NCBI GenBank assembly: GCA_023145435.1
Contig: JAGLDS010000004.1
Span: forward strand, 40,546 to 104,545
Source: Clostridiales bacterium
GTDB lineage: Bacteria > Bacillota > Clostridia > DUPQ01
Direction of reading: 5' to 3'
DNA length: 64,000 nucleotides
This document shows positions 43,369-53,411 of the stretch, in pieces (the stretch's first letter is position 1; every line of letters begins with the position of its first letter). Under the pieces are notes generated by a model that was given only the letters and a program-made list of their open reading frames with translations, made no database searches and was not told where the DNA came from. The position numbers and the translations under genes are program-made.

Positions 43369-44013
43369 TCATTTTCTATCTGCATAATCCTTTTCAATTT
43401 TCTTTTTCCAATTAGCTCTAATTACAGGATTTTTTCTATAACTTCTTATGGTTTCCCCTACTTCTGCATAGTTTAATTTAGTTCCCCTACTATCAGCATG
43501 GTAGTTAACAGCTCTATCTCTATTAATCCCAAACTTGGCAGCTGTTGCAACAGCGTCAATATTAGCTCCTAAAAACAAGAATTCCCAATTATACTTTTCT
43601 TTTTGTCGTTCTATCATATATTTAATATTTCTATGATTATACTCTCTACTAGCATTTTCCATACCATCTGTTGTTATAACAAAAAGCACATTATCTGATT
43701 TTGCTTCATCAGCTCTATATTTTTGTGCATTACCAACTGAGTCAATAGATCTACCAATTGCATCAAGTAGCGCCGTTGAACCTCTTACAAAATAATTTTC
43801 TTTTGTTAGTGGTGATATATCTTTAATGTTTGTACGATCATGTAACAGTTCATAATGATCATCAAATAAAACTGTTGTGACTAATACTTCCCCTTCTCCA
43901 TTTCTTTGTTTTTCGATCATTGAATTGAATCCACCAATGGTATCACTTTCAAGTCCTGCCATTGATCCGCTTCTGTCTAAAATAAATACTAATTCTGTTA
44001 CTTTTGTTTTCAT
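43369..44013 (-). CDS. von Willebrand factor A (vWA) domain protein
   Basis: MIDAS DRSGSM, plus TALLDA and TDG motifs. Start refined to MKTKV (RBS GGAGGG). Confidence 0.75.
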   Translation of the reverse strand: MKTKVTELVFILDRSGSMAGLESDTIGGFNSMIEKQRNGEGEVLVTTVLFDDHYELLHDRTNIKDISPLTKENYFVRGSTALLDAIGRSIDSVGNAQKYRADEAKSDNVLFVITTDGMENASREYNHRNIKYMIERQKEKYNWEFLFLGANIDAVATAAKFGINRDRAVNYHADSRGTKLNYAEVGETIRSYRKNPVIRANWKKKIEKDYADRK

Positions 44014-44094
44014 AATGTTTCCCTCCATATATTTTATATATAGAGAATAGCATCTTATATAATCTAAATGGTCGCTTCAAAAGCGACTATTATA

Positions 44095-45117
44095 TTATAA
44101 AGTTTTCTCTTCTAAAGCATATAGGGTTTCATTTACTTCATGGATGTTAAATATTTCATTTTTTATGCAATATTCAACTATTAGATCAAATCTACTACTC
44201 CTAGATAAGATATATCCAGCAGTTTCTAATAGATCATTAGTTTCATCAAAACTTAACTGTAATGCTATTGCAAAAGCAATAGCTGTATTTTTACTTGGTT
44301 TATAAAATTTATTACTACGAATTTTAGAAAATAGTTTACGATCTTTATTAGCTCTTTTATATGTTTTAACATCATCCATTTCTTTTTCATCTATAAGTCG
44401 TAATAACCGCTCAGAAAATGTATCTTCTAGTTGTTCAACTACATCCTCTATGTTCCTTTTACTACGAGCCAATAGAATTTCAGTTATATCTTTTTTAGAT
44501 CTTCTAATTTCTTCACTATATTCTTTTTTCTCTTCATGTATATCTATATTAAGCATTTGCTTATACATTGCTTTAGATTCTTTTTCTTCAATATAATTAT
44601 CATCAATATATTTAGTTACTGAATTATATAACTTTTCGCTAATAACAAAAGAATCGCTATCATAAACTACTAAATAAACCATCATGTCATGATTTAGTAA
44701 ATAATCACCAATAGCTGATGTGGCAGCTTTTAATGCTTTATCTTTAGGGTAGCCAAATATTCCAGATGATATAAGGGGAAAAGCAATTGATTGCAAATGG
44801 TTTTTCTCTGCAAGTAACAATGAATTAGTATAGCAATTTGATAAAAGTTGTAATTCATTATTATTCCCACCATACCATACTGGACCTACAGTATGAATAA
44901 TATGTTTAGCAGGTAGTCTATATCCTCTTGTTATAACAGCTTGTCCCACTTCACAATAACCAATACCATTACATTCTACTTGTAAGTCATGTTCTCCTGC
45001 ACTATTAAAAATAGCACCGCAAACACCACCTCCCATTTGAAGTTCATTATTAGCTGCATTTACAATAGCATCAACATTTAACTTAGTAATATCATTTCTA
45101 ATGATTCCTAGTGGCAT
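44095..45117 (-). CDS. Macro-domain protein (ADP-ribose-processing) with ~165-aa C-terminal helical extension (DarG-like architecture)
   Basis: NAANNELQMGGGVCGAIF, HTVGPVW and IAFPLISSGIFGYP macro motifs within aa 1-175. Confidence 0.75.
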   Translation of the reverse strand: MPLGIIRNDITKLNVDAIVNAANNELQMGGGVCGAIFNSAGEHDLQVECNGIGYCEVGQAVITRGYRLPAKHIIHTVGPVWYGGNNNELQLLSNCYTNSLLLAEKNHLQSIAFPLISSGIFGYPKDKALKAATSAIGDYLLNHDMMVYLVVYDSDSFVISEKLYNSVTKYIDDNYIEEKESKAMYKQMLNIDIHEEKKEYSEEIRRSKKDITEILLARSKRNIEDVVEQLEDTFSERLLRLIDEKEMDDVKTYKRANKDRKLFSKIRSNKFYKPSKNTAIAFAIALQLSFDETNDLLETAGYILSRSSRFDLIVEYCIKNEIFNIHEVNETLYALEEKTL

Positions 45118-45234
45118 TTTTTTACTATCCTTTCATCTACCATTCTATCACATCCACTGTTCCAGTAAATGCCCATAACTTATGTATATTATTTTTTCTA
45201 AAATTACAATATAATATATCTATAAAATTTAAGG

Positions 45235-45591
45235 ATGTGTCAAATGGATAAAGTAACTATTTATACTTCAGCAGGTTGTGGTTATTGCCAACAGGCAAAA
45301 ATATACTTTAAAAATAACAATATAGCTTTTGTTGAGAAAAAAGCAGATGTAGATTCTATAGCTAGAAATGAATTAGCAGGTTATGGTGCTACTGGTGTTC
45401 CATTAATTATTGTAAATGGTGAAGTTATAAAAGGATTTAACAAAGCACGGCTTGATGTTTTATTAAAAAAACCAATTATTCAATGCCCTAACTGTAGAGC
45501 ATCATTACGTATACCTAAAAACAAAAATATTATTATAGTTACATGTTCTAAATGTAAAAACAAGTTTAAAGTAGATACAAATAAATTATAG
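45235..45591 (+). CDS. Glutaredoxin/NrdH-like thioredoxin-fold protein fused to C-terminal zinc ribbon
   Basis: CGYC active site, then CPNC...CSKC. Confidence 0.6.
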   Translation: MCQMDKVTIYTSAGCGYCQQAKIYFKNNNIAFVEKKADVDSIARNELAGYGATGVPLIIVNGEVIKGFNKARLDVLLKKPIIQCPNCRASLRIPKNKNIIIVTCSKCKNKFKVDTNKL

Positions 45592-45600
45592 GAGAAATTC

Positions 45601-47451
45601 ATGTTATCACAAGTACAAAATGAAGTAATAAATAGATATAGGGATAAATATAATAAGTCTTTTAATAAGTATTTTAATATGAGTAATATAAAAGATTTTG
45701 AGTTAACCAAAAAAAAATATATTAACAATCTTAGAAAAGACTTTTTAAAAGAAACTTTCGAAGAATATGATCTTAATATAAAAAAAGTATCAAAATATAA
45801 ATTTAATGAATTTAAAATAGAAAATATATTACTTAACTCCCCTCTTGGGATGCAAGTTAATATAACTGTGTTTTCCCCAATAAAAGAAGGTAAATATCCA
45901 GGTGTCTTAGAGTTAACGGGTTCAAGTCGAAAACTTAATAGACACTATTGGGCTAGTGCTCAAACAATAGCAAAAGCTGGATATGTAGTAGTTGCTTGTG
46001 ATGTAATTGGTTTCATAGGAGAACGAGCAGATAAAAATGATACATTTTATGATGCACCACTTGGATATTTAGTTGGGTATGGTCATTTAAATTCATTTTT
46101 ATCAGATATAAAAGCTTGTTTAGATTATCTAGATAAACGAGATGATGTTCTTAGTTCATTGGGATATTGCTCAACTGGAGTATCACTTGGTGGTATACTT
46201 TCAATTGAAGCTGCTATGCATGATGATAGGATTAAAATTCTAGCACCAGTATGCTGTGCCATGGATATGAATGATAAATTTGATCCATTCTTTTCAATTA
46301 ATATAATGCAATATAACAAAGATTGTATGGTTGATATAACAATGAGACTTGCTTTATGTGCTCCTAAAAAGTGTTTATTTATAGCAGGTGCAAAAGATGA
46401 AAAATTCACACCCGCTACTACTAAAAAAGTATTTAATAATGTAAAAATATCATATGACCTATATGGGAAAGAAGATTTATTTGAATTATTTATTGATCCT
46501 AAAGTAGGACATCTTTATTCAATAGATATGGCAAATGAAGTTATATACAGATTAAATAAGTTTTACAAAAACCTAGATTATAAACCAAACTATTTAGATA
46601 GTGATGTAATAGTGATTGGCGAAGAAAAAATGAAATGTTATCCAAATCATGATATAACAGTATATAGCATTATAAAAGATAGATATGAATACTTTTCAAA
46701 TAATAGAAGTGATTTAACATACAAATATTTAAAAGAAAAAGCAAGTGAAATACTAAATATAGATAAAATAAAAAAAGTAATAAAAACAAACTCAGAAAGT
46801 GAGAAAACAGTAATAACTCATATCTATGAACGATTTGATATGATATTAAATGATAAAATAAAAATACCATCAATACTAATCAAGCGAGATAACCAAAAGC
46901 GGCGAGGACTTATTGTAGTTGATGAATTTGGAATGTGGAATGAAATTAAAAAAAATGGATTAATAGCTAAGCGAGTGGGAAGTATGGTTAGAGTAAATGA
47001 TATTAATGAACCATGTGTATTATCAGTTGATATATCAACTTGTGGAGAGAATATGTTAAATTATTCTTGTACAGACGTATTAGAATGGTCAAATAATGAA
47101 ACAGCTCTTGCCTATTATAGTTTTGCACTAAATAAGCCAACACTTGGCCTTATGACTAGAGATGTTTTAGCTTCAATTAAATATATGCGTTCGCTAGAAA
47201 ATATAGATGAAAATAACATATCACTAATTGGTATAGGTAAAGGTGCAATTGCCACATTACATGCAGCTCTAATAGATGGAAATATTAAAAATCTTGAATT
47301 AATAGATATGATTGATGGGTATTATCAATTTTTTGAACAATACCCATATAAACTAAAACTTGAATATATGATTCCTGATATACTTAAGTATTATGATTTA
47401 CCAGATATTATTAATGTATTAAGAAATACTATGAATATAGTAATCAATTAA
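45601..47451 (+). CDS. Alpha/beta-hydrolase family protein (dienelactone hydrolase/esterase-like)
   Basis: GVSLGG nucleophile elbow; 616 aa. Confidence 0.5.
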   Translation: MLSQVQNEVINRYRDKYNKSFNKYFNMSNIKDFELTKKKYINNLRKDFLKETFEEYDLNIKKVSKYKFNEFKIENILLNSPLGMQVNITVFSPIKEGKYPGVLELTGSSRKLNRHYWASAQTIAKAGYVVVACDVIGFIGERADKNDTFYDAPLGYLVGYGHLNSFLSDIKACLDYLDKRDDVLSSLGYCSTGVSLGGILSIEAAMHDDRIKILAPVCCAMDMNDKFDPFFSINIMQYNKDCMVDITMRLALCAPKKCLFIAGAKDEKFTPATTKKVFNNVKISYDLYGKEDLFELFIDPKVGHLYSIDMANEVIYRLNKFYKNLDYKPNYLDSDVIVIGEEKMKCYPNHDITVYSIIKDRYEYFSNNRSDLTYKYLKEKASEILNIDKIKKVIKTNSESEKTVITHIYERFDMILNDKIKIPSILIKRDNQKRRGLIVVDEFGMWNEIKKNGLIAKRVGSMVRVNDINEPCVLSVDISTCGENMLNYSCTDVLEWSNNETALAYYSFALNKPTLGLMTRDVLASIKYMRSLENIDENNISLIGIGKGAIATLHAALIDGNIKNLELIDMIDGYYQFFEQYPYKLKLEYMIPDILKYYDLPDIINVLRNTMNIVIN

Positions 47452-47482
47452 TTGTTAACTAATATTAATAATTATAAAAAAC

Positions 47483-48670
47483 TTAAAGTTTTTCCACCCT
47501 ATCTTTACCATTTTTCTTAGCTATATATAGAGCTTTATCTGCTTTTTCATATGCTTTTTGGAAATCATCTTTAGTATAACCTTTAAGTTGGCAAATACCA
47601 ATACTTACAGTTACCTTAATATTGTTATTTTGATTAGCGCCAAATGTGTTTTGCCTAATATTATCAAGAATCCTATTAGCCACTGGTAATATTGTTTTTA
47701 TCTCACTTTTAAACATAATTGCCATAAATTCTTCACCACCCCATCTAATGGGAATATCTGATTTTCTAATTGTATCTTTAAGGATTTTCGCAAGTTCTTT
47801 TAGTACTATATCTCCTATGGGATGACCATATGTATCATTGATGTTTTTAAAATCATCAATATCTATCATTAAAACAACACACGTTTCTTTATATCGTTTC
47901 ATATAATTAAGTTCTCGTTCTAATATCATATCTAAATATCTTCTATTGTTTAGATTTGTCAGTGTATCTATATGTGTTAGTCCCTCTAGTTTTTGATTAG
48001 CTTTTTTTAAAAGAATCCCTCTAAGAATACTGTTATGAAAATTATAATAGAAAAAGGTAGATATAACTAAAACAAATATAAAAAACACTGTACCATTAAG
48101 CAGATTAGATTTCATTAATTCTACATTAGTTTGAAAATTAATAACACCTGATACAAAAACTATATATGGAATAGAAAAACCTATTATATTTCTTGGTGGT
48201 TTTTGTAAAACAAAACTACCTACAATTATTGTGTTAACAATATATGCTGATATTGAACCAACTGATATTTGATCTAACCCACTAATAAGAGCCAAACAAA
48301 TCATTATTAATGTTGGAATTGCAAAAATAAGATTATCAAATGCTTTCACTTTCATTTCATCAGATAGTTTGCTTTTTTTTACCATATAGATAGAAATTAA
48401 ACTTATTATACTTATAAACATAATAAGTGCATGTAAAATCAAATAATAAATAGCAGTAATATTACTAGGTGCACAAACAGATAATTGTTTTAAATCATTA
48501 AAAACAATTATTAGTATTTCAAAAATAATCATAAAAACAGATATTGCACTAGCTCTTCTAATGTTAATATTATTAATCTCCATATTTAGGAGTGTAAAAC
48601 TTTTTTGGTCAAAATCCTTTGGTGGTTGTTCAATACCAATAAATGACTTTATAAGTGGTTTTAATTTCAA
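47483..48670 (-). CDS. Membrane-anchored GGDEF diguanylate cyclase
   Basis: Polytopic N-terminus plus GGEEF motif (RWGGEEFMAIM). Confidence 0.8.
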   Translation of the reverse strand: MKLKPLIKSFIGIEQPPKDFDQKSFTLLNMEINNINIRRASAISVFMIIFEILIIVFNDLKQLSVCAPSNITAIYYLILHALIMFISIISLISIYMVKKSKLSDEMKVKAFDNLIFAIPTLIMICLALISGLDQISVGSISAYIVNTIIVGSFVLQKPPRNIIGFSIPYIVFVSGVINFQTNVELMKSNLLNGTVFFIFVLVISTFFYYNFHNSILRGILLKKANQKLEGLTHIDTLTNLNNRRYLDMILERELNYMKRYKETCVVLMIDIDDFKNINDTYGHPIGDIVLKELAKILKDTIRKSDIPIRWGGEEFMAIMFKSEIKTILPVANRILDNIRQNTFGANQNNNIKVTVSIGICQLKGYTKDDFQKAYEKADKALYIAKKNGKDRVEKL

Positions 48671-48743
48671 AACAAACTACCTCAATCTTGTATTAAATAT
48701 ATTATTTTTATATTTTACACCAAAACGTCAATTATATAAAGCG

Positions 48744-50891
48744 CTAATATTTGATATACATAGGGCTAGACCATGCCATATGGCCATCACTTTGTGTTAC
48801 TTTAACCCAATATGGATTCATTCCTTTTTCGATATTTTTATCTTCAAATGATAATTGTATAGAATTATTTGTTTCTTCTTTAGCAAAATCCACTTCTACT
48901 AATAGATTTACTCCTCCAGCTTGTTTTGTTATTCTACCGTTTTTAAGTTCATCAATTGACATAGTAAATGAAATTGGTAATGTGTTAAAAACAAGTTTAG
49001 TATCTTTATTATAATCAAGTTCTACTTCTATTCCATCAATATCACCTGATGTATTTGATTTAAAAGTTAGTTCTTGATTAGATAATAAATTAACACCTTC
49101 ATCTGGTTGATTAAAAGCATATGGTTTTATGTTTTTTATACTTCCATTTTTTATGGTTATATTACCATCCCAATTATTTTTTTTACCACGACTTCTAACC
49201 CTAACACCGCTCCATTGAATTTTAATAGTGTCTTTTTTAATAGGCAATGTATCAGAATATCTATATATTGTTTCTAATCCCCTCTTAATCTCTACTTCAC
49301 TAATACTATCTGTACCTGCTACAAATATATTTATTTTAGGAGGTTTATTAATACTAAATTCATCTCCCATTATTAAATCATCACATTTAACATCTAAAAC
49401 AATCCGCTCTCCTGTCGTACCATAACAATGTCTCTTTGTTAAAGCATCCCAGATTGCCGTTCTTGTAAGGTTTTTGGCATAAGCACCTGTATACCCACCT
49501 ATTACATCAAAAGACACAAATCCACCTCTTGAGGTCACTCTGGTAGGGTATGATAACCCAGGTCTGCAAGTGTGATCATCACTAGCAGCAACTACTCCTA
49601 CTTTAAGTCCCTTTTTAAGTGCATCTTCTAACATCCATTGAAATGTACCATGGTGAGAATGAATTTCCACATTGTGAATAAACTCACTATCAAAGTAATC
49701 TAGATTGCCATATCGTCCACCCACATGAGGTACTGCCATTACATCACTTCGTCCTCTAAATTCATCAAATAATTTAGATACAGGGCTTCTATCACTACCA
49801 TCACTTTTCTCCATATTTATTTGCCAATGATAGCTTCTATGTATTTTTTGATCATCATTTAAAAAATAAATATTATGATCTCCTCCAACAGGTGTTGTAC
49901 CTGACCATTCATATCCTAAGAAGGTTATATATTCATTTGGTTTATTATATTTTTTTGTTACTATATTTATATTTGCCCAAGTTTCATCTGTAACTTGAAA
50001 ATCATTTCCCTGCCATGCACAAAAATCCATTTTAGAGTAATCTTTAGCAAAGGAAAAATATAGTTCAGGTGTTCCCGTTCCAACAGTTTCTTTTGTCTGT
50101 CCGTGCATATCACCCCAATAAAGTGTATTTATATTATTGTCCTTAATACAGCAAATAGGATTACTTTTACCATTAATCTTCCTTGATTCATCACTAAGTG
50201 TAGCTGTATAAACACCTTCTTTTTTTAGTGTTAAATCACTTAAAGTACCAATTCCTTTTGTTAATACTAAACTATATCTTATATCATTTAAATCTATATT
50301 TACATTACCATTATAAGTTTTAGAAATATTTCCCCAGTTATCCATTGCACGTATAAACAAATCAAATGGTAGTCCTTTTTTTGTATATGATGGTACTACA
50401 CCTTGTAATGTATTTACAAAACCACCTTCTATTACAATTATAGGTTGTTTGTCAACATCATAAAAATTACCACTTCCAGCACAATCTACCATTACTTTAA
50501 AAATATGTTCGTACTCTGCAAATGTTTGTATTCTATAACCAAGACCTTTATCTTCGTTAGCACCAAATTGTATATATAATAAATCTCCTTTTTTAAGTGA
50601 ACCATCTATTACACGAATACTGATACAGCCTTTCCACGGTCTTATATATCTATCAGGTACATATCGTATTTTTAATGTTGCATCCACATCTCCAGATACA
50701 GTAACATATCCTGGTTTTTTACTGTCATCAAATTGTGGAATATCAGAATCACACACATCACGTCTGGCAATAATAATTTCGCCTCTATCATCTACACCAT
50801 ACTCTCCTACTTCGTAGGTTATTGTCCAATTACCAAGTGTACCTGCATTTATTTTACAAATATTAATACTTGCTTTACCAGTTCCGTACAT
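48744..50891 (-). CDS. Large hypothetical protein, tentatively DUF3604/PHP-like metal-dependent hydrolase family
   Basis: 715 aa with WGDMHGQT and GYEWSG...GDHNIYF His/Asp-rich motifs. The family assignment is uncertain. Confidence 0.35.
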   Translation of the reverse strand: MYGTGKASINICKINAGTLGNWTITYEVGEYGVDDRGEIIIARRDVCDSDIPQFDDSKKPGYVTVSGDVDATLKIRYVPDRYIRPWKGCISIRVIDGSLKKGDLLYIQFGANEDKGLGYRIQTFAEYEHIFKVMVDCAGSGNFYDVDKQPIIVIEGGFVNTLQGVVPSYTKKGLPFDLFIRAMDNWGNISKTYNGNVNIDLNDIRYSLVLTKGIGTLSDLTLKKEGVYTATLSDESRKINGKSNPICCIKDNNINTLYWGDMHGQTKETVGTGTPELYFSFAKDYSKMDFCAWQGNDFQVTDETWANINIVTKKYNKPNEYITFLGYEWSGTTPVGGDHNIYFLNDDQKIHRSYHWQINMEKSDGSDRSPVSKLFDEFRGRSDVMAVPHVGGRYGNLDYFDSEFIHNVEIHSHHGTFQWMLEDALKKGLKVGVVAASDDHTCRPGLSYPTRVTSRGGFVSFDVIGGYTGAYAKNLTRTAIWDALTKRHCYGTTGERIVLDVKCDDLIMGDEFSINKPPKINIFVAGTDSISEVEIKRGLETIYRYSDTLPIKKDTIKIQWSGVRVRSRGKKNNWDGNITIKNGSIKNIKPYAFNQPDEGVNLLSNQELTFKSNTSGDIDGIEVELDYNKDTKLVFNTLPISFTMSIDELKNGRITKQAGGVNLLVEVDFAKEETNNSIQLSFEDKNIEKGMNPYWVKVTQSDGHMAWSSPMYIKY

Positions 50892-50908
50892 GTGTATTAC
50901 TCCCTTTA

Positions 50909-51661
50909 TTAAATGCTTTTATTTAACTCAATTATACCTTTTAGTGGTTCATTTATTGGAAAATATTCTAACCCCATATATCCTTTAAATTTCATTTTAT
51001 CAATTTCACTTATAATATTTAAGTAATTTAATTCTCCACTTAATAACTCATGGCGTCCTGGTATCCCCGCTCCATGAAAATGACCAATCTTATCTATGTT
51101 TTTAGTTATAGTGTCAATTATATTACCTTCTGTTATTTGTTGATGATAAACATCATATAGTACTTTAACATTAGGACTATTTACTTTACTTTCAATTAAA
51201 AATGCTTCGGTTGATCCATATAGGTAGTATCCTTCATGATCTACTAATATATTAAGTGGTTCAAATACTAATGTAATATTAGCTTTTTTTAGTATGGGTA
51301 CACATGCTTTTAATCCACTAACAATATTTCTATGTTGTTGATATCTCGATGTATTAGTTAATTCATCACCTACTTGAGTAATTAATGTATTACATCCACA
51401 CTTTTTGGCAATTACAATTGACTCTTTTAATCCTTTTATGTACTCATCTAATTTTGTATCATCAGTTAAGCTAACAAACTTAGTGCAAAAGGCTGTAATT
51501 TTCATCTTTAATTGTTTTTTTACTTTTACAATATTATCAATATCTTTATCCCACCAACTCCAAAACTCAAATGAATTTATATTATTTTCATGTAGTTCTC
51601 TCATACTAGAAACAAAATCTTTTCCGTTATATAGGGCATCAATGCAAACTGAAATTTTCAT
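50909..51661 (-). CDS. Sugar-phosphate isomerase/epimerase (TIM barrel, hydroxypyruvate-isomerase-like)
   Basis: 250 aa xylose-isomerase-like TIM pattern. Confidence 0.5.
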   Translation of the reverse strand: MKISVCIDALYNGKDFVSSMRELHENNINSFEFWSWWDKDIDNIVKVKKQLKMKITAFCTKFVSLTDDTKLDEYIKGLKESIVIAKKCGCNTLITQVGDELTNTSRYQQHRNIVSGLKACVPILKKANITLVFEPLNILVDHEGYYLYGSTEAFLIESKVNSPNVKVLYDVYHQQITEGNIIDTITKNIDKIGHFHGAGIPGRHELLSGELNYLNIISEIDKMKFKGYMGLEYFPINEPLKGIIELNKSI

Positions 51662-51678
51662 AAATCTCTCCTCACTTT

Positions 51679-52731
51679 TTAATAGGTTAATACCACTTGA
51701 ATAATGTCTTTATCCATTCTATCAATCATCTCATAGGCTTTAGTAGCATCTTCAAACGGTATTTTATGTGTAATTAAATTTTCTAAATCAAGTTTAGAAA
51801 GTAAATCTAAACATATTTTTTCTTTTCTTTCATTATCCCACATATGTCTTATCTTAGGATCAATATTTCCTGTTTGTGAACTACGAATAGTAATTCTATT
51901 ATGGTGGAATTCATCTGATAACATTAATGATGAACTAGGTCCTTGATACCAACCAAGTGCTGTTACCACTGTATCAGGTGCAGCTATTCTAATGGCTTCA
52001 TTAAGTGCTTTTTGATTTCCTGTTACTTCAATAACAGCATCTGTTCCCACGTTATTGGTTTCTTTTCTAATGGCATATGCAACATCATCTATTTTAAGTG
52101 GATTATATACTTTATCTGCACCATTTTTAAGAGCAGTTTCTAATCGTTTAGGTAATAAATCAATTCCAAACACATTACTAGCACCTGAGAGTTTAGCCAT
52201 TTGAACTACTAATTGTCCTAATACACCTAAACCAGATACAGCTACATTATCACCTAACTTAATACGTGTATCTAATATCCCATTAAATGCTGTTATCAAA
52301 TTAGTATAAAATATACCAAACTCAGGTTTTATACCTGTTGGTAATTTAACTACTTCATTTTCATTTTTTATAACTTGTGATTGATGTGGAGCATTTGAAT
52401 AAACAATATCTCCTACTTTAATATTTTTTATATCACTACCTATTTCAATTACTTTTCCCACACTTGCATATCCCATATACCAAACACCTGGATCACAACT
52501 TTTTATTGGATAGTCCCATTTCTCGTTATCTGAAGCTTTTCTAAAAAGATGTAAATCTCCATCATTTGTACGATTAAAAAATGGTGCCACTCCTCTATAC
52601 ACATTCATTTCAGTTCCATGGCTTATACCTGAATAAAGAGTTTTTATACGCATTTCATTTTTATTGATTTTTAAATCATCTATTTCTTTTATAACTAACT
52701 TTTTTGGACCTTCATATACCATTATTTTCAT
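51679..52731 (-). CDS. Zinc-dependent medium-chain alcohol/polyol dehydrogenase
   Basis: GVLGQLVVQMAK Rossmann motif and MDR-family catalytic-zinc region. Confidence 0.75.
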   Translation of the reverse strand: MKIMVYEGPKKLVIKEIDDLKINKNEMRIKTLYSGISHGTEMNVYRGVAPFFNRTNDGDLHLFRKASDNEKWDYPIKSCDPGVWYMGYASVGKVIEIGSDIKNIKVGDIVYSNAPHQSQVIKNENEVVKLPTGIKPEFGIFYTNLITAFNGILDTRIKLGDNVAVSGLGVLGQLVVQMAKLSGASNVFGIDLLPKRLETALKNGADKVYNPLKIDDVAYAIRKETNNVGTDAVIEVTGNQKALNEAIRIAAPDTVVTALGWYQGPSSSLMLSDEFHHNRITIRSSQTGNIDPKIRHMWDNERKEKICLDLLSKLDLENLITHKIPFEDATKAYEMIDRMDKDIIQVVLTY

Positions 52732-52733
52732 TC

Positions 52734-52985
52734 TTAATCTCCTGTTTTCTTACTAGCTCTATATGTCTCAATATGCTCTCTTAATGCTGAATTCATCAAT
52801 GTTTGATAACCAATTTTTTGTTCACTGGCTTTTTTCTTGTATTTTAAAATAACATCATCATCTAGCCTAATGGTTATTGACTTTTTAGTAGGAGAATAAA
52901 ACCGTCCTCTTATACCTTCAGAAAAATCATATTCATCTTTTAAAATAAATTTATCATTATTACTTTTCATATTGTTTCCTTTCAT
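52734..52985 (-). CDS. brnA: BrnA antitoxin
   Basis: SITIRLDDDVILKYKKKASEQKIGYQTLMNSALREH matches the BrnA family. Confidence 0.75.
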   Translation of the reverse strand: MKGNNMKSNNDKFILKDEYDFSEGIRGRFYSPTKKSITIRLDDDVILKYKKKASEQKIGYQTLMNSALREHIETYRASKKTGD

Positions 52986-53241
52986 TAGCTGTAGCCTTTC
53001 TTGCAGAAATTATTCTAATTACTTCTTCATCATCATTATTAAAATATATATTTGCTATAACAATAAGTTGTTCTTCATCAGCTTTACCAATCGTAATCCA
53101 TCGTTCTTCAAAATATGAAAACCGCTTATCAACTACTGATAATTGTAGTGGGTCAGCAAAAACTCTACTTGCTTTCTCAAATGAAATTCCATGCTTTTTA
53201 ACATTATCTTCATTTTTTTTACTATCCCACTCATATGTCAT
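52960..53241 (-). CDS. brnT: BrnT ribonuclease toxin
   Basis: YEWDSKKNEDNVKKHGISFEKASRVFADP matches BrnT (DUF497). Confidence 0.75.
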   Translation of the reverse strand: MTYEWDSKKNEDNVKKHGISFEKASRVFADPLQLSVVDKRFSYFEERWITIGKADEEQLIVIANIYFNNDDEEVIRIISARKATANERKQYEK

Positions 53242-53411
53242 TTATAAATCTCCATTAAGTTACTTTGCTTTAAATAAATTATAATCCAATTAGTTGGATT
53301 TGTCAATACATTGTATGTACAGATAGTGTAAAATAGTTTGGGGATTGGATAAAGAAAGAGAAATCCCATATAATTAATTAAATAAATCTCAACACCCATA
53401 AAATCAACAAT

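Noticed and set aside
44029-44094. GTCGCTT-caaa-AGCGAC hairpin between the macro and vWA genes
   Set aside because: The genes are on the minus strand, where the hairpin is not followed by a U-run, so it is not a terminator between them. It may be a minor RNA-processing or stability element, with insufficient evidence to call.
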